A stretch of DNA of 64,000 nucleotides. Origin: Torpedo marmorata (taxonomy: Eukaryota). The stretch spans positions 165,106,001 through 165,170,000 of the forward strand of contig OZ360221.1 of NCBI GenBank assembly GCA_977017645.1, given 5' to 3'. The notes under the pieces are model-generated. The model was given only the letters and a program-made list of their open reading frames with translations. It was not told the DNA's origin and searched no databases. A program made the translations under genes and the position numbers. Shown here piece after piece: positions 1 to 13,200 of the stretch. The number at the start of each line of letters is the position of its first letter. Positions within the stretch are counted from its first letter, which is position 1.

Positions 1-410
1 GATCACCAGGTTGTTGTAAAAATCAGTCCGGTTCACAAATGTGCTCGGTATGAAATTTGTCATTCATTACTGAGTCTGACTTGTGTGTGACTCTGGATTC
101 ATCAATCTACTTGATTCTTGAATGCTGCCTCAGTGAAAACTATAAATGCCAGAAGACAAAAGAGACTGCTGATGCTGGAATCTAGAACAATAACAGAGTG
201 CAGGAAGAACTCAGGTTTCTCGCAGCATCTGTGGAGGAAAAAGGTTTAAGTTGATGTTTCAGGTCAGGACCCTAATGCAAGGTCTCAACCCAAAAGGTTG
301 ATTTATACCTTACATCTCCACAGATGCTAATTGACCTATTTGAGTTCTTCCAACGTTTTCTTTTGTAATATATGCCAGCATTGCTATGGCTGTGCACATC
401 CTTTATACAA
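1..410 (+). mobile_element. Old decayed SINE-like repeat, interrupted at 153-368
   Basis: Resembles a common elasmobranch interspersed repeat (from memory); resumes after the insertion at a duplicated tataaatgccag/tatatgccag. Confidence 0.3.
153..368. mobile_element. Decayed Penelope-derived fold-back element
   Basis: Imperfect inverted arms (agcatctgtggag / ctccacagatgct; gaagaactca / tgagttcttc); same motifs as the younger element at 31116-31443; flanking duplication. Confidence 0.6.
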
Positions 411-669
411 ACATAATAATATCAATGCCAATAGTAGATTCATTTAATCCTGGAGTGTTTTGAGATACCTTGGGAACAAATATTGCACCAAAGGTATATC
501 TGCTTTATCGCAAGCATTTTTAACATAATACTTTGCTAGGCTAAGTGCCTGCTAATCCTTGGTTTTTATTGCCTCTTGAGAATGGTACTGGAAGACATTA
601 AACTGTCTGCTTCAAATGTTCAACAGCTGTCCATCCATCTTGTCGCTACCACTCAAAGCTTCCAGCAGG

Positions 670-913
670 TGATGCACCATCAATAACTCCAAAAGACTAG
701 AAGTTATGTAGAAACTGATAGGCTTTTATTTACATCAGAATGGAGGCACATCCATGCTGGTCGTCTGTCCTGGACTGGGGAGGGAGCTGTGGCACAGTGG
801 CCTTTATTCAGGGGTCTGTGGGAGGAGCCACAGGCACAGTCAACAAGGGGCATGTCCAGATGATTACAGCAACCACTAACACTGCCACAACATATATACA
901 GTGGTTTACCACA
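670..913 (-). repeat. 3' LTR of copy A
   Basis: Direct repeat of 4844-5087 with about 10 differences; preceded on - strand by polypurine GAGGGGTGAA. Confidence 0.95.
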
Positions 914-967
914 TTCACCCCTCGTTTAAAAAAAAGAATCCTGCGGGGTGAAGTGAATTAAATGTAC

Positions 968-3900
968 TTACAAATTGAGTCTTTTGGGTGGTCTGGTCTG
1001 CCGCTGCGACCATCGTAGTACCGGCTGCGGCGCAGCTGTTGAATCCTGTACTGTTTGGACCACCTGTGTGTTGTCGTCGGCGTCGGCTTGGTGGATGCGT
1101 GGCGACGAATCTGGCATGTCATCCCCAGGAGCTGGGGTCACCTGCCATGGCCCTGGTGCATCGTAGGTAGCGGTAATTGGAGGGGGCGCAGGGTGGTCGG
1201 CAATGGTATCAGGGACTCCTGAGGGTGCCAGGTCCCGAACGGAGACCGTGTCCTTCCGCTCGTCAGGGTACGTCACATAGGCGTATTGGGGGTTGGCGTG
1301 GAGGTCATGGACCCTCTCAACCAGTGGGTCATATTTATGGCTCCTCGCGTGCTTCCGGAGTAGGATCGGCCCTGGGGACGTCAGCCAGGATGGCAGCGTG
1401 GTCCCTGAAGCGGACTTCCTAGGGAAGGAAAACATTATCTCATGTGGAGTGGCGTTGGTGGCGGTACATAGGAGCGATCTGATTGAGTGGAGCGCATCGG
1501 GGAGGACATCTTGCCAGCGGGAGACTGGAAGGCCTCTCGACATTAGGGCTAGGAGGGTGGCCTTCCAGATGGTAGCATTCTCCCTTTCCACCTGCCCGTT
1601 CCCTCAGGGGTTGTAACTGGTGGTCCTGCTCGTGGCGATGCCTCTGGCCAACAGGTACTGACACAGCTCATCACTCATAAAAGAGGACCCCCGGTCGCTA
1701 TGAATATAGCAGGGGTACCCGAACAGGGTGAAGAGATTGCGTAGGGCCTTGATGACTGTGGACCTTGGTCATGTCCAGGCAGGGGATGACGAACGGGAAA
1801 CGTGAGTACTCATCAATCATGTTGAGGAAGTAGACGTTGCGGTCAGAGGAGGGGAGAGATCTCTTGAAATCGACGCTCAGGCGTTCAACTGGGCGGGTGG
1901 CCTTTATCAGATGCGCTCTGTCTGGTTGATAGAAGTGCGGTTTGCACTCCGCACAGATCTGGCAGTTTCTGGTCATGGTCCTGACATCCTCGATGGAGTA
2001 AGGTAGTTTGCGGGCTTTGATGAGTGGAAGAACCTGGTGATCCCGGGATTGGCAGAGGTTACTGTGGAGGGCTTGTAAGCGGTCTATTTGTGCGCTGGCA
2101 CGTGTTCCGCGGGATAGGGCATCTGGGGGCTCATTGAGTTTTCCCGGCCGGTACAAAATATCATAATTGTAGCTGGAAAGTTCGATTCTGCACCTCAATA
2201 TCTTGTCGTTTTTGATTTTGCCTCGCTGCTGATTGTTGAACATGAAAGCAACTGAACGTTGGTCAGTCAGCAAGGTAAATCGTTTGCCAGCGAGGTAGTG
2301 TCTCCAGTGCCGTACACCTCAACAATGGCTTGGGCCTCCTTCTCAACAGAGGAGTGTCGGATTTTGGGGCCCTGGAGGGTGCAGGAAAAGAAGGCTACGG
2401 GTCTGCCCGCCTGGTTAAGGGTGGCAGCCAGGGCGAAATCGGACGCATCGCTCTCCACCTGGAAAGGGGTGGATTCGTCCACAGCATGCATCGCAGCCTT
2501 GGCAATGTCCGCCTTGATGCGGCTGAAGGCCGCATGGGCCTCTGACGTCAGGGGAAAAGAGGTAGATTTGACGAGGGGGCGGGCCTTGTCTGCATAATTG
2601 GGGACCCACTGGGCAAAGTAGGAGAAGAAGCCCAGGCACCTTTTCAGAGCTTTGAGGCTGTGGGGGAGGGGGAATTCCAACAGGGGGCGCATCCGGTCGG
2701 GATCAGGTACGACGCAGCCAAGGATAGCAAGGCGGGTTGTGCCAAAAACACATTTATCCTTATTGTATGTAAGGTTGAGGTGTTTGGCAGTCTGGAAAAA
2801 TTTTTGGAGATTGGCGTCATGATCCTGCAGGTCATGGCCGCAAATGGTGATGTTGTCCAAGTATGGGAATGTGGCCTGCAGCTCGTGCTGGTCTTCCATT
2901 CGGTTCATCTCCCGCTGGAAGACCGAGACCCCGTTGGTGACGCCATAGGGAACCCTCAGGAAATGATAGAGGCGGCCATCTGCCTCAAAGGCAGTGTATT
3001 GGCAGTCCTCCAGGCGGATAGGGAGTTGGTGGTATGCCGACTTTAAATCAATGGAGGAGAATACCAGATATAGAGCGATTTCGTTCACCATGTCGGCTAT
3101 GCAGGGAAGAGGGTACGCGTCCAACTGTGTATATCTATTAATGGTCTGATTGTAGTCAATGACCATTCTGTGTTTTTCCCCATTCTTTACCACCACCACT
3201 TGGGCTCTCCAGGGGCTGGTGCTGGCTTCAATGATCCTCTCCTTCAATAACCGCTGCACCTCTGACCTGATAAAGGCCCTGTCCCCGGCACTGTATCGCC
3301 TACTTTTGGTGGCAACGGGTTTACAGTCGGGGGTAAGGTTAGCGAACAGTGGTGGAGGGGTGATCCTAAGGATAGAAAGGCCACAGGTCGTGCCTGGTGG
3401 GCAATCTGCGGGTTGCTGGCTGGACGCGGTGGGAGGGGAGGCCGGGGAGTTTTTGTGGGTAAAGCGCGGTGGGTGGTTTAAAAACTGCAGGTTACAGACA
3501 GTAAGGGGGGGATGGGGCCCATCGTACTCCATCGTCACACTTTTAAGGTAGCATTGAAAGTCCAGCCCCAGTAGCATGGCAGCGCAGAGCTGTGACATGA
3601 CGAGGAGTTTAAAGTCTTTGTACTCTGTGCCCAGCACAGTCAGAGTCACTACACAGTAGCCACGAATATCTGCCATATGGGACTTCGAGGCCATAGAGAC
3701 TTTGTGGCTTACCGGCCTTACCGCGAGGCGGTAATGCTGCACCGTGTCGGGCTGGATGAAGCTCTCCGTGCTCCCACTATCGAACAGGCAGCTCGTCTTG
3801 TGGCCGTTCACCTTGATGTCCATCATCGATCTGGCCAATTGGTGAGGAATACCTTGATCCAGCATGATGGAGGCCAGTATTGAGTCGCTGTCGGACTCCA

Positions 3901-4820
3901 TAGAAGCGGTGGGGTGTTCAGGAGTTTGGTCCCAAGATGGAGGCGTCCAAGATAGCGGCCCCCACGGTCCGCATACGGCACTGCTGGGTTGGGAAGATGG
4001 CAGCGTCCAAGATGGCAGCGCCCCCTGCCCGCACACGGCGCTGCTGGATTTTGAGAGTGGCTTAGATTTACAGACCTTTGCGTAATGCCCTTTCTTTCCA
4101 CAGCTAGAGCAGACCGCTTGTCCAGGCTGCAGAAGTAGCACTTCGGTTGCTCACGGAGTATAGCAGCCGTGGTCAGGTTGGGTTGCTGGTGGGATGTAGC
4201 GATGGAGGTCTTCCGCAGGCTTGCGGACCTCCCACGTCCCAAGATGGCAGCACCCGCGGTAACCACGAGGCAGCCGCGTTGTCGGTTGAATAAGCGTTAA
4301 TATTTTGGAGGGCCACTTCTTGCATGCCTGATAGGTCGACTGCCCTTTCAGTCGAGCTCACCCTGCTCCAACAGTCTCTGCCGGTTATAGTTGGATCTGA
4401 TACCCGCGACATAAGCGTCTCTGATCAAGTCCTCCGTGTTCACCGCGGCCGTCACAGCCTTGCAGCCACAGGTCCGTCCGAGAGCTCGCAGGCCCGAAGG
4501 TACTCAGCGCTCGATTCCCCGGGTTTCTGTTTTCGGGTAGCCAGGAGGTGCCTAGCATAGACCTCGTTTACCTTCCTCAGGTACTGGCTTCTCAGTATTT
4601 CCATCACCTCTGGGTACGATTCGGCGACCCTAATCATTGAATATACCCGGGTCCCGACCCGAGAATATAGTATCTGCAGTTTGTCATCCTCTGATCAAAC
4701 GATAGCAGCGGAGGCCTGCAGGAACTCTTCAAAGCAACGCAGCCAGTGTTCGAAGCTGTTGGATGCCTCAGGTGATTGTGGGTCGAGTTCCAGCTTTTCT
4801 GGTTTCAGGATCTGCTCCAT
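968..4820 (-). pseudogene. gag-pol of copy A, frameshifted
   Basis: ORF pieces 4452-4637, 2267-4141, 1698-2273, 968-1591: zinc knuckle, LFDSGS protease, YLDN RT, ESDASD RNase H, integrase; ATG at 4820. Confidence 0.93.
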
Positions 4821-4843
4821 TATCAAAATGATGTTAATAAAAT

Positions 4844-5087
4844 TGATGCACCATCAATAACTCCAAAAGAGTAGAAGTTATGTAGAAACTAATAGGCTTT
4901 TATTAACATCAGAATGGAAGCACATCCATGCTGGTCGTCTGTCCTGGACTGGGGAGGGAGCTGTGGCACAGTGGCCTTTATTCAGGGATATGTGGGAGGA
5001 GCCACAGGCACAGTCAGCAAGGGGCAGGTCCAGATGACTACAGCAAGCACTAACACTGCCACAACATATATACAGTGGTTTACCACA
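4844..5087 (-). repeat. 5' LTR of copy A
   Basis: TGTGGTAAACC...GGTGCATCA; TATA-like GAATAAAGG and downstream AATAAA. Confidence 0.95.
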
Positions 5088-5754
5088 GCAGGTAAGAGCA
5101 CTTGTGAGTCACCCTTTAGAGATAAATATTTGTAAATTCTCTTCGCACTTTCATTACCTATATTTAATTGAAATGAATAGTCATTGTGAACATATTTTTT
5201 GCAGGGAATGGGTCATAAAGATTAATTGTGGAAGGGAATCTTTCTTATGAATCCCTGTAAAGCAATTTATACAATAAAGGTGCTCTGAGATTTGAGAGCA
5301 GAGTACCCCTCTTAGTAATAGTCTTCAATTAATTGTTGGTAGCTTCTCTCCCAGGTATGAGCCATCTGGAATCCCCTCGTGTTCTTCCTGGTTACTTTGT
5401 CTGCATCTTCCTCCTCCTCCTCTTCTGGCTTCTGAACTATGAATATGTAGTCTTTCACAGAGTTGTAAGGGCATTGAGGCATAAGATGATCACCTTGTTT
5501 CTTTATTGAGTGGCTAAAGTTGATATGTTAAAAACAGCCATGGAGTGCAATCTTTTATTATGTGTGTGGTATGTCAGAAAAAAGGTGGACCAGGTGTCAA
5601 AACACAAAGTTGAACTGCTGCAAAGTCTGAAAAGGCAACTGAAGAGCTGAGTTTCTGAAATAGTTGGAGAAGGTGGATGTGGTGATGGTGCAGTGATACT
5701 GTTACAGTCAGCTTTAATCACTTTATAGCAGAAGAGTGACCAGTCCAGTGGTTC

Positions 5755-6375
5755 TGTGTATCTTTCTAAGAAGTCTGAGGACATTTGGAATGTTGGAACG
5801 TCTATTGAACGTCTACAGGTGCACTGTAGAAAGTATACTGACTTGTTGCATCATAGCCAGGTTTGGAGACTCAAGTGCCCAGGAATGCAGAAGCTGCAGA
5901 AAGTGACAAATCTAGCCGTCCATCCTGGGCACCAACCTCCAGTCCACATCTATGTGAGGCGCTGCCTCAAGAAGTCAGTCAAAATCATAGAGGATCATTA
6001 TCACCCCGGTCACAACCTCTTCTTGCTGCTACCTTCAGCCAGAAGTCTGGTACCACTTGGTTCAAGAATAGTTTTATTTCCAACAGCGATGTGGCTCTCA
6101 AACCTCCGCGTACTACTCTAATCATAAACTACTCTGGGATCACCGAAAGATCTGTTTGCACTATTGAAACATCACTCTATTTTGCACTGACTGCAAATGT
6201 GAATATTTATTTGTTAATCCTTTTATATTTATTATCTCTTTTTCTCTTTCATGTCATATTGAGGTAATTTAATTTATACCATTGTAATTGGTGTATTTTA
6301 CATACCTGTTTGGCTGCAGCAAGTAAAATTTTTGGTGCATCTGGTTATTGTGCAAGTATATGACAATAAACTCTT
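5755..6375 (+). mobile_element. Rex1/Babar-type LINE 3' fragment, decayed
   Basis: RRCLKKSVKIIEDHYHPGHNLFLLLPS matches the RT C-terminus of 13950-15488; ATGACAATAAA tail. Confidence 0.8.
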
Positions 6376-7435
6376 AACTCCTTTCCCCTTTAGCATTACC
6401 AATCTCTTCCCATTGTGCAATGGCTGACCATTCCATCCAAACACTTCCTTGATGAAGTGATAATAAGCATTCAGTGTAAAATAATAATGAGCTGATATGT
6501 TACTTAGATTGTGGGGCATTCGTGTATGCAATTATATATCATATAATATTTTTAATATATTATCATAATTGCCATTGTGTTATGAAGATTCATTTCAGCA
6601 TTTTGCAGGATATACAAATAATGTTCAGAGGTTCACTGCAGTTGTCGGTTTATAAACCTTTGAGATTAAAAATCCAATTGCAAGAGGATACTGTTCAGTA
6701 ATGAATATGTATTGGTTTGGCTGCAATGACATTCCACTTCCCCTAGATTACTCTTCTAATACAGAGGCCAATGTACAAGCACACATTAGTTCACAGAAGT
6801 AGATGCTAATATAGTGTTTAAATTTTAGAAAATATTTTTCTTTTAATTTATTTTATTCCCCTGGCAATAAGTTCCATTATGATTGAATAAATAAGAGTTT
6901 GCAATAAGCGCAATGCAGTAATAAAATTGAACTTATTATGCAGACTGACTAAATATATGCACCCTTTTGTGAAAGTGAGACCTAGAGAACCTCAGTAACT
7001 CAGTGAAGAGTACAAAAGCACAATTAGCAACCCAATGATGCCATCACAAAGATGTCCAGGGAAAACTGTGATCATTGTTTCTGAATTATATAAAGCCTTT
7101 TCATTCCATCTGCCTTTGAAAGCAAACCTGATAAGATTAATTAATTCATCTATCATGAAAATCACACTTAAAGGATCCATTCACATAGAGAAAAACTTGG
7201 TGGAAAACTATGTATAATTCTGCAGATTACAATTAAAACAACGTCATTAGTGTAAAACTTAATTCGTACATGTAGCAACACTTTTTATGGAGATACCAAT
7301 CTGTTAATGAATCATGTTCCACATAATGCACAGTTAATAAGATTTTTTCACATTCATTGATTTGCTTTGCCTTGCTATTTATGTGCCTCCCAATACTCTA
7401 ACTACAGAGGAATTTAAGGAATTTAACATTCTCTA

Positions 7436-7860
7436 GAATTAGAATCAGAATTTATTGTCATGAACATGTCATAAAATTCATTGTTTTGTAGCAGCATTAG
7501 AGGTGCAAATATTGGTATAAATTACATTTAAAAAATAAATAAATTAGTACAAAAAGAAGAGAAAGTGAGGTCGTGTCTGTGGTTCATTGTCAGTTCAGAA
7601 ATCTAATGGCGAAGGGGAAGAAGCTGTTTTTGTGTCGCTGGGTGTTCGTCTTCAGGCTCCTGAACCTCCTTCCTGACAGTAGCAGTGTGAAGAGAGCATG
7701 GCCTGGGTGGTGAGGATCTTTGAGGTTAGAGGCTGCTTTCTTAACACACCACCTCTTGTAGATGTCCTCAGTGGAGTGAAAACTAATGCCCATGATGGCA
7801 CTGGCCGAATTCACAACTCTCTGTAGTCTTTTCCTGTCCTGTTCATTGGCACCTCCACTA
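7436..7860 (-). mobile_element. Rex1/Babar-type LINE 3' fragment
   Basis: ORF 7590-7871 KDPHHPGHALFTLLLSGRRFRSLK; CATGACAATAAA plus TTCTGA-type tail. Confidence 0.88.
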
Positions 7861-8914
7861 CTGTATTTCAACTGCTTAGCCTAATGAAGTAGATCAATAG
7901 AACCTCAGGATAGAAGCTAATTAAAATGCCTGATATGTATTCAAAATTTCATTAGCTTAAGTTCCAATATTTTACTCCGGGCTTGCAATCAAATATCAAT
8001 AATTGTGCATGAGGTTTAGATCTGACCTTTTACAGCTCGTTTTACTTTAGCCTAGAGTAATCAGTTGGAATCTTTCCCTCTTTCCAAATGTAAGGGTTGT
8101 GAAATGAGATGTGTGGGCAGTCTGATCTCTGTTCCTAGTTGGTGGAAGACCACAGTTCAAGCAGCCTAGAATTTTCTATGTCAATTAATGCTGTAAAAAT
8201 GACTGGCAGTAAGAATCATGTGATTTTGGATGGTGTTCAAAGTATTTCTTTAGTTCTTCCTTTGGGATAACTTATTCTTGGTTATTTGCAGAGGAATCTG
8301 TGATCATTTTTGATTGAACTTATGAAGGAAGTATTCACAAACAGATTTAAAAAACCACTGTATTACAGCATTGTAAGAACAGAATAAAAGGAGCTGTACG
8401 TTTAACCTACATTTTATCTAATCTTGGAGTTCAAAATAGTCATGTAGAAAATATATTCTAATCCCCATGGTTGAATGTTTTCAACTTTAACAAGCTTTAC
8501 AACAACATTTTGGAAGAAAGCATAGATCTTTTGTACTGCGTTTTCACTGCTTTTTTGAGAAAGATTTATATGAATTTTTATGATGAATTTCTTCAGCCAG
8601 CATTTTTTCCTTGTTTAACATGCCTTTTCCTATTGCCACATCAAATATTTTAACATCGTAAAGCCATTTTTATATTTTATCATAATCTGAGGATCAATAA
8701 AATGGGAAGAGCATTGATTTGTTGTTACCAATTCATTTGTACAGTGAAACAGCATCTTCTACTACAAGGAAGCAGAGAACAAACCTCTGCTGTTTTAAGA
8801 TATCCACAAAACAATATCACCTCGAATTGAAGCAGACAACATAAGTAGCAATTACTTCTCCAGATTTTGTCTAAATCAAAAGATTTTGTCAAAAACCAAG
8901 AGGGTAATTTTGAC

Positions 8915-8990
8915 CAAAAACAAACTGCTGGAAGAACTCAGTGGGTCGAACAGCATCCGTGGAGGCCAGGAGACAGTCAAAATTTCATTT
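8915..8990 (-). mobile_element. Short Penelope-derived terminal fragment
   Basis: tgctggaagaactcagtgggtcgaacagcatc motif shared with other PLE ends in the window. Confidence 0.45.
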
Positions 8991-9615
8991 CAACGTTCTA
9001 GCATGTGTCTTCAGAGTGATTTTGACCATGGAAATTAGATTAAAATAGAAGATAGCAAATAGAATTAATGCAAAAAAATGGAGAGAGATGTAAACCTAGT
9101 CACAAATTTTCAGTCAGTTATTTTACTTCCTTGCATGAATCACTAGTCATCTTGATAGCACAACATTTCTTTCATAATGTCTTCTTTAGCATTTGAATTC
9201 CTTAGAGTACAGGCTCTGAATTGTGTGATGGCAAGTGTTTATGAAAGGACGATACTGCTTAGCCAAGTCCCTTGCTCAGTCGTCATCTCCTGGCAGTTAT
9301 GTGGCTTTATGGTTGAAAGTATTTTTGCACACAACTCTTTATTTAAAACAAAGCCTGTTTTTTTGGGGTTTTTTTCCTTTACTCATTCCCTCATCATCTT
9401 TATGGGCATCTTTTCAGAAAATAAGCACTCATTAATAAGTAGAAAAGTTCAGGTCTCAAAGGGTTAAATATACTAACAATGTTAACATTTGAGGACTACA
9501 AACTGCTTCTGTACTGAACCAATGTGATATCACTGTTCTCTCCAGAGCTGAGGACCTCTTACTACCATCTAGCTAATTTTATCACTGTAGCTCACTGCAC
9601 AAATTACAATGTGAA

Positions 9616-10197
9616 TGTGGTAAACCACTATGTATAGGTTGTGGCTGGGTGATATGTCTGGACATGCCCTCTGCTGACTGTCCCGGTGGCTCCTCCCACA
9701 GACTACCTGAATAAAGGCCACTGCTCCTCCCCAGTCCGGGACAGATCACCAGCACGAATGTAGCTCCATTCTTTTGCCAATAAAAGCCTTTCAGTTCTTG
9801 CGTAACTTCTAGTCTTTTGAAGTTATTTTATTTATTTTTTTGGAATATTTTATTTGTATTTTTTAAAGCCAAACATATTATCAATAACAAAAATAATACA
9901 TCATCAAATATAATATTCGTCTGTTGGCTATTATACTAAAAAACAACAACAAAATTACAAAGGAAACCCCACCCATCCAATTCCCCCCTAGAAGAATAAA
10001 AAAAGAGAGGAATAGAATAAGAAAAGGTTGAAATAGAAAAGGAAAGAAGACGTTGGAGGTTCATCGTCCACCCCGCAGGCTTAAATTACTTGGCATACTC
10101 GGATTTCTGAAGAGGAAATGGACATAGGTCCTGGAGGCGAGGGGGGGCCTGGTTATAGATTTACAGCCATGTGTTGTAAATATTGATGGGCTCATCG
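9616..10197 (+). repeat. 5' LTR of copy B, split in U5 by an L1 fragment
   Basis: Matches 22192-22426 once 9828-10180 is removed. Confidence 0.92.
9828..10180 (-). mobile_element. L1 extreme 3' fragment
   Basis: AATAAA plus A-rich tail on - strand, G-rich 3' UTR, ORF end LQHMAVNL*, TATT duplication. Confidence 0.7.
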
Positions 10198-10220
10198 ACT
10201 TTATTGGCAAAATTGTAAGC

Positions 10221-13200
10221 ATGGAGAATGTCTTGAGACCAAACAAACTGGACCTCGATCCACAAACACCAGAGGCTGGCAATGCTTTCGAACTCTGGCT
10301 AGCCTGTTTTGAGTTGTTCCTGGAGGAGATCAAAGTACAAGAGGACGCCACAAAATGCAAGGTCCTCCTCTCTAGGGTAAGCCCATGAGTCTACTCCATG
10401 ATCCGAGACCTGCAGACTTATGAAGATGCTATGAATGCCCTTAAAAGACAGTATATACGGCCTGTTAATACTGTATATGCGAGACACAGGCTAGCGACGC
10501 GGCAGCAGCGGCCCGGGGAGTCGAGCGCGGAGTTCGTACGAGCCCTACAAACACTCGTGTGGGCCTGCGACTGCCAGGGACTGATGGCCGAACAACACGC
10601 AGAGCTCCTAGTAAGAGACGCTTTTGTTACGGGGACCAGGTCAATGTATGTGCGCCAGTGGCTGCTGGAACAAGCTGACCTCACCTTCCATTCCGCGATC
10701 AAGCTGGCCAATACACTGGAGGACGCGCTACAGAACTCTGATGCTATACAGGCGCACGATCTCCCGCAGGCTCCGTGGATACCGCAGACCCCACACCATG
10801 CCGGTGAATCGACCACAGCAGCCATCAGCCGCGAGTCCGAGAAATGCTACTTCTGCGGACTTGAAAAGCACCCCTGGAAACGTTGCCCGGCCCGAGAAGC
10901 GACCTGCTCCAGCTGCGGGAAGAAAGGCCATTTCGCTAAGGTCTGTAGATCTAAACCGCGAGCAGGATCGAGCAGCGCCATGTGCGAGGCATGGGGGTCA
11001 CCATTGTTGCCGTCGCCATCTTGCCCGTCCGCCGCCACCATATGCGAGACATGGGGGTGGCCATCTTGTGTGTCGTCACTTCCATCGCCGTCATCTTACT
11101 TACCCGCGGCCAACACGTGCGAGTCATGGGAGCGGCCATTTTGTTCCACGCCATCGCGCCGACACAGGGTGCCGCCATCACGGGACAGCAGGCACTCCAT
11201 CGCGTCGGATCAAGACAGCGACTCAACATTGGCGTTAGTTGCACTCGATCAGAGTGCACCCCACCAACTCACGAGGTCGATGATGGACATCCTGGTCGAG
11301 GGACACAGAACAAACTGCCTGTTCGACACAGGCAGCACAGAGAGCTTCATCCACCCTGACACGGTACAGCGATGTGGCCTCAAGACACTGCCGGTAAGCC
11401 AGAGGGTTGCCATGGCTTCCGGGTCGTACACAACAGACATCCGGGGGGTTTGTGTAGCAACGCTAGTGATGCAGGACACTGAATACCAGGACTTCACGCT
11501 ATTGGTCATGCCCCGACTGTGTGCACCTGTACTACTGGGGCTCGACTTCCAGAGTCACCTCCAAAGTGTGACTATGGAGTGTGACGGGCCCCTCCCACCA
11601 ATTACTGTTGGTAATCACCAATTTCTTAAAAACGGCAGAAATATTTCGTCACACCACACTACTTGTGGTCTATCCACACTCAAGATCCCGCCCCCAACTC
11701 TGTTCGCCAATCTGACCCCTGATTGTAAACCCGTGGCAACCAAAAGCAGGAGATACAGCACAGGGGACAGGGCATTCATTAAGTCAGAGGTGCAGCGATT
11801 ACTTGGGGAAGGGATCATCGAGGCGAGCACGAGTCCCTGGAGGGCCCAGGTGGAGGTCGTCAAAAACGGGGAGAAAACAGGATGGTGGTATATTATAGCC
11901 AGACCGTCAATAGGTTCACACAGCTTGACGCATAGCCTCTACCACGCATCGCAGGTATGGTGAACCAGATAGCCCAATATAAGCTATTCTCCACCATAGA
12001 CCTCAAATCTGCCTACCACCAGCTTCCCATTCGTCGGGAGGACCGCCCCTACACCGCCTTCGAGGCGGACGGCAGACTCTATCATTTCCTGCGCGTCCCC
12101 TTTGGGGTCACAAATGGGGTTTCCGTCTTCTAGAGGGAGATGGACAGGATGGTGGACCAATACAAATTAAAGGCCACTTTTCCATACCTAGACAACATCA
12201 CTATCTGCGGTCACGACCAGCAGGACCACGATAACAATCTTCGGAATTTCCTCCAGGCGGCCAAAGCACTTAACCTCACCTATAACAAGGATAAGTGCGT
12301 GTTTGGAACCACCCGACTCGCTATCCTGGGGTGTGTTGTGGAGAACGGAGTCATCGGCCCCGACCCCGACCGCATGCGCCCCCTGTTGGAACTACCGCTT
12401 CCCCACACCCTCAGAGCCCTCAAAAGGTGCTTGGGCTTCTTTTCTTTTCTTACTATGCTGAATGGGTCCCTATATATGCGGACAAGTCCCGTCCACTAGT
12501 CAAGTCCACCACTTTTCCCCTTGCAGCGGAGGCACGTGAGACTTTCGGCCTCATAAAAGGGGACATTGCCAGAGCAGCAATGCACACGGTGGACGAGTCC
12601 ACTCCCTTTCAAGTAGAGAGTGATGCATCCAACTTCGCTCTGGCTGCTACCCTCAACCAGGCGGGAAGACCGGTGGCGTTCTTCTCACGTACCCTTCAAG
12701 GCCCAGAAATTCGGCCCAAGCCATAGTGGAAGCTATCAGGCACTGGAGGTACTATCTTGCCAGCAAAAGGTTTACCCTGCTGACTGACCAACGTTCAGTC
12801 GCATTCATGTTCAGCAACCAGCAGCGGGGTAAAATCAAAAATGATAAAATCCTGAGGTGGAGAATCGAACTCTCCACCAACAACTATGATATAATGTACC
12901 GGCCCGGGAAGCTCAATGAGCCCGCCGATGCTTTATCCCGGAGGACTTGCGCAAGCGCACAGATCGACCGGTTATATGCCCTCCACTGCGACCTCTGCCA
13001 CCCCGGAATCACCAGCCTTTTTCACTTTGTGAAAGCCCGCAACCTGCCGTACTCCATGGAAGGGGTCAGGACGATGACCGGCAGCTGCCAAGTCTGCGCA
13101 GAGTGCAAACCGCACTTCTACCGTCCTGACAAGGCACAGTTGATAAAAGCAACCCGTCCATTTGAGCGACTAAGCGTCGACTTTAAGGGCCCCCTTCCCT

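Larger units (their letters stand above)
670..5087 (-). mobile_element. Compact Ty3/Gypsy LTR retrotransposon (Mag-like), copy A
   Basis: 244-bp LTRs (TG...CA), 5-bp TSD GCAGG (665-669, 5088-5092), PPT at 914-923, gag-PR-RT-RH-IN order. Confidence 0.96.

Noticed and set aside
740-961. Repeated 73-aa ORF MEAHPCWSS (also 4914-5135)
   Set aside because: Antisense translation of the LTR pair, not a duplicated gene
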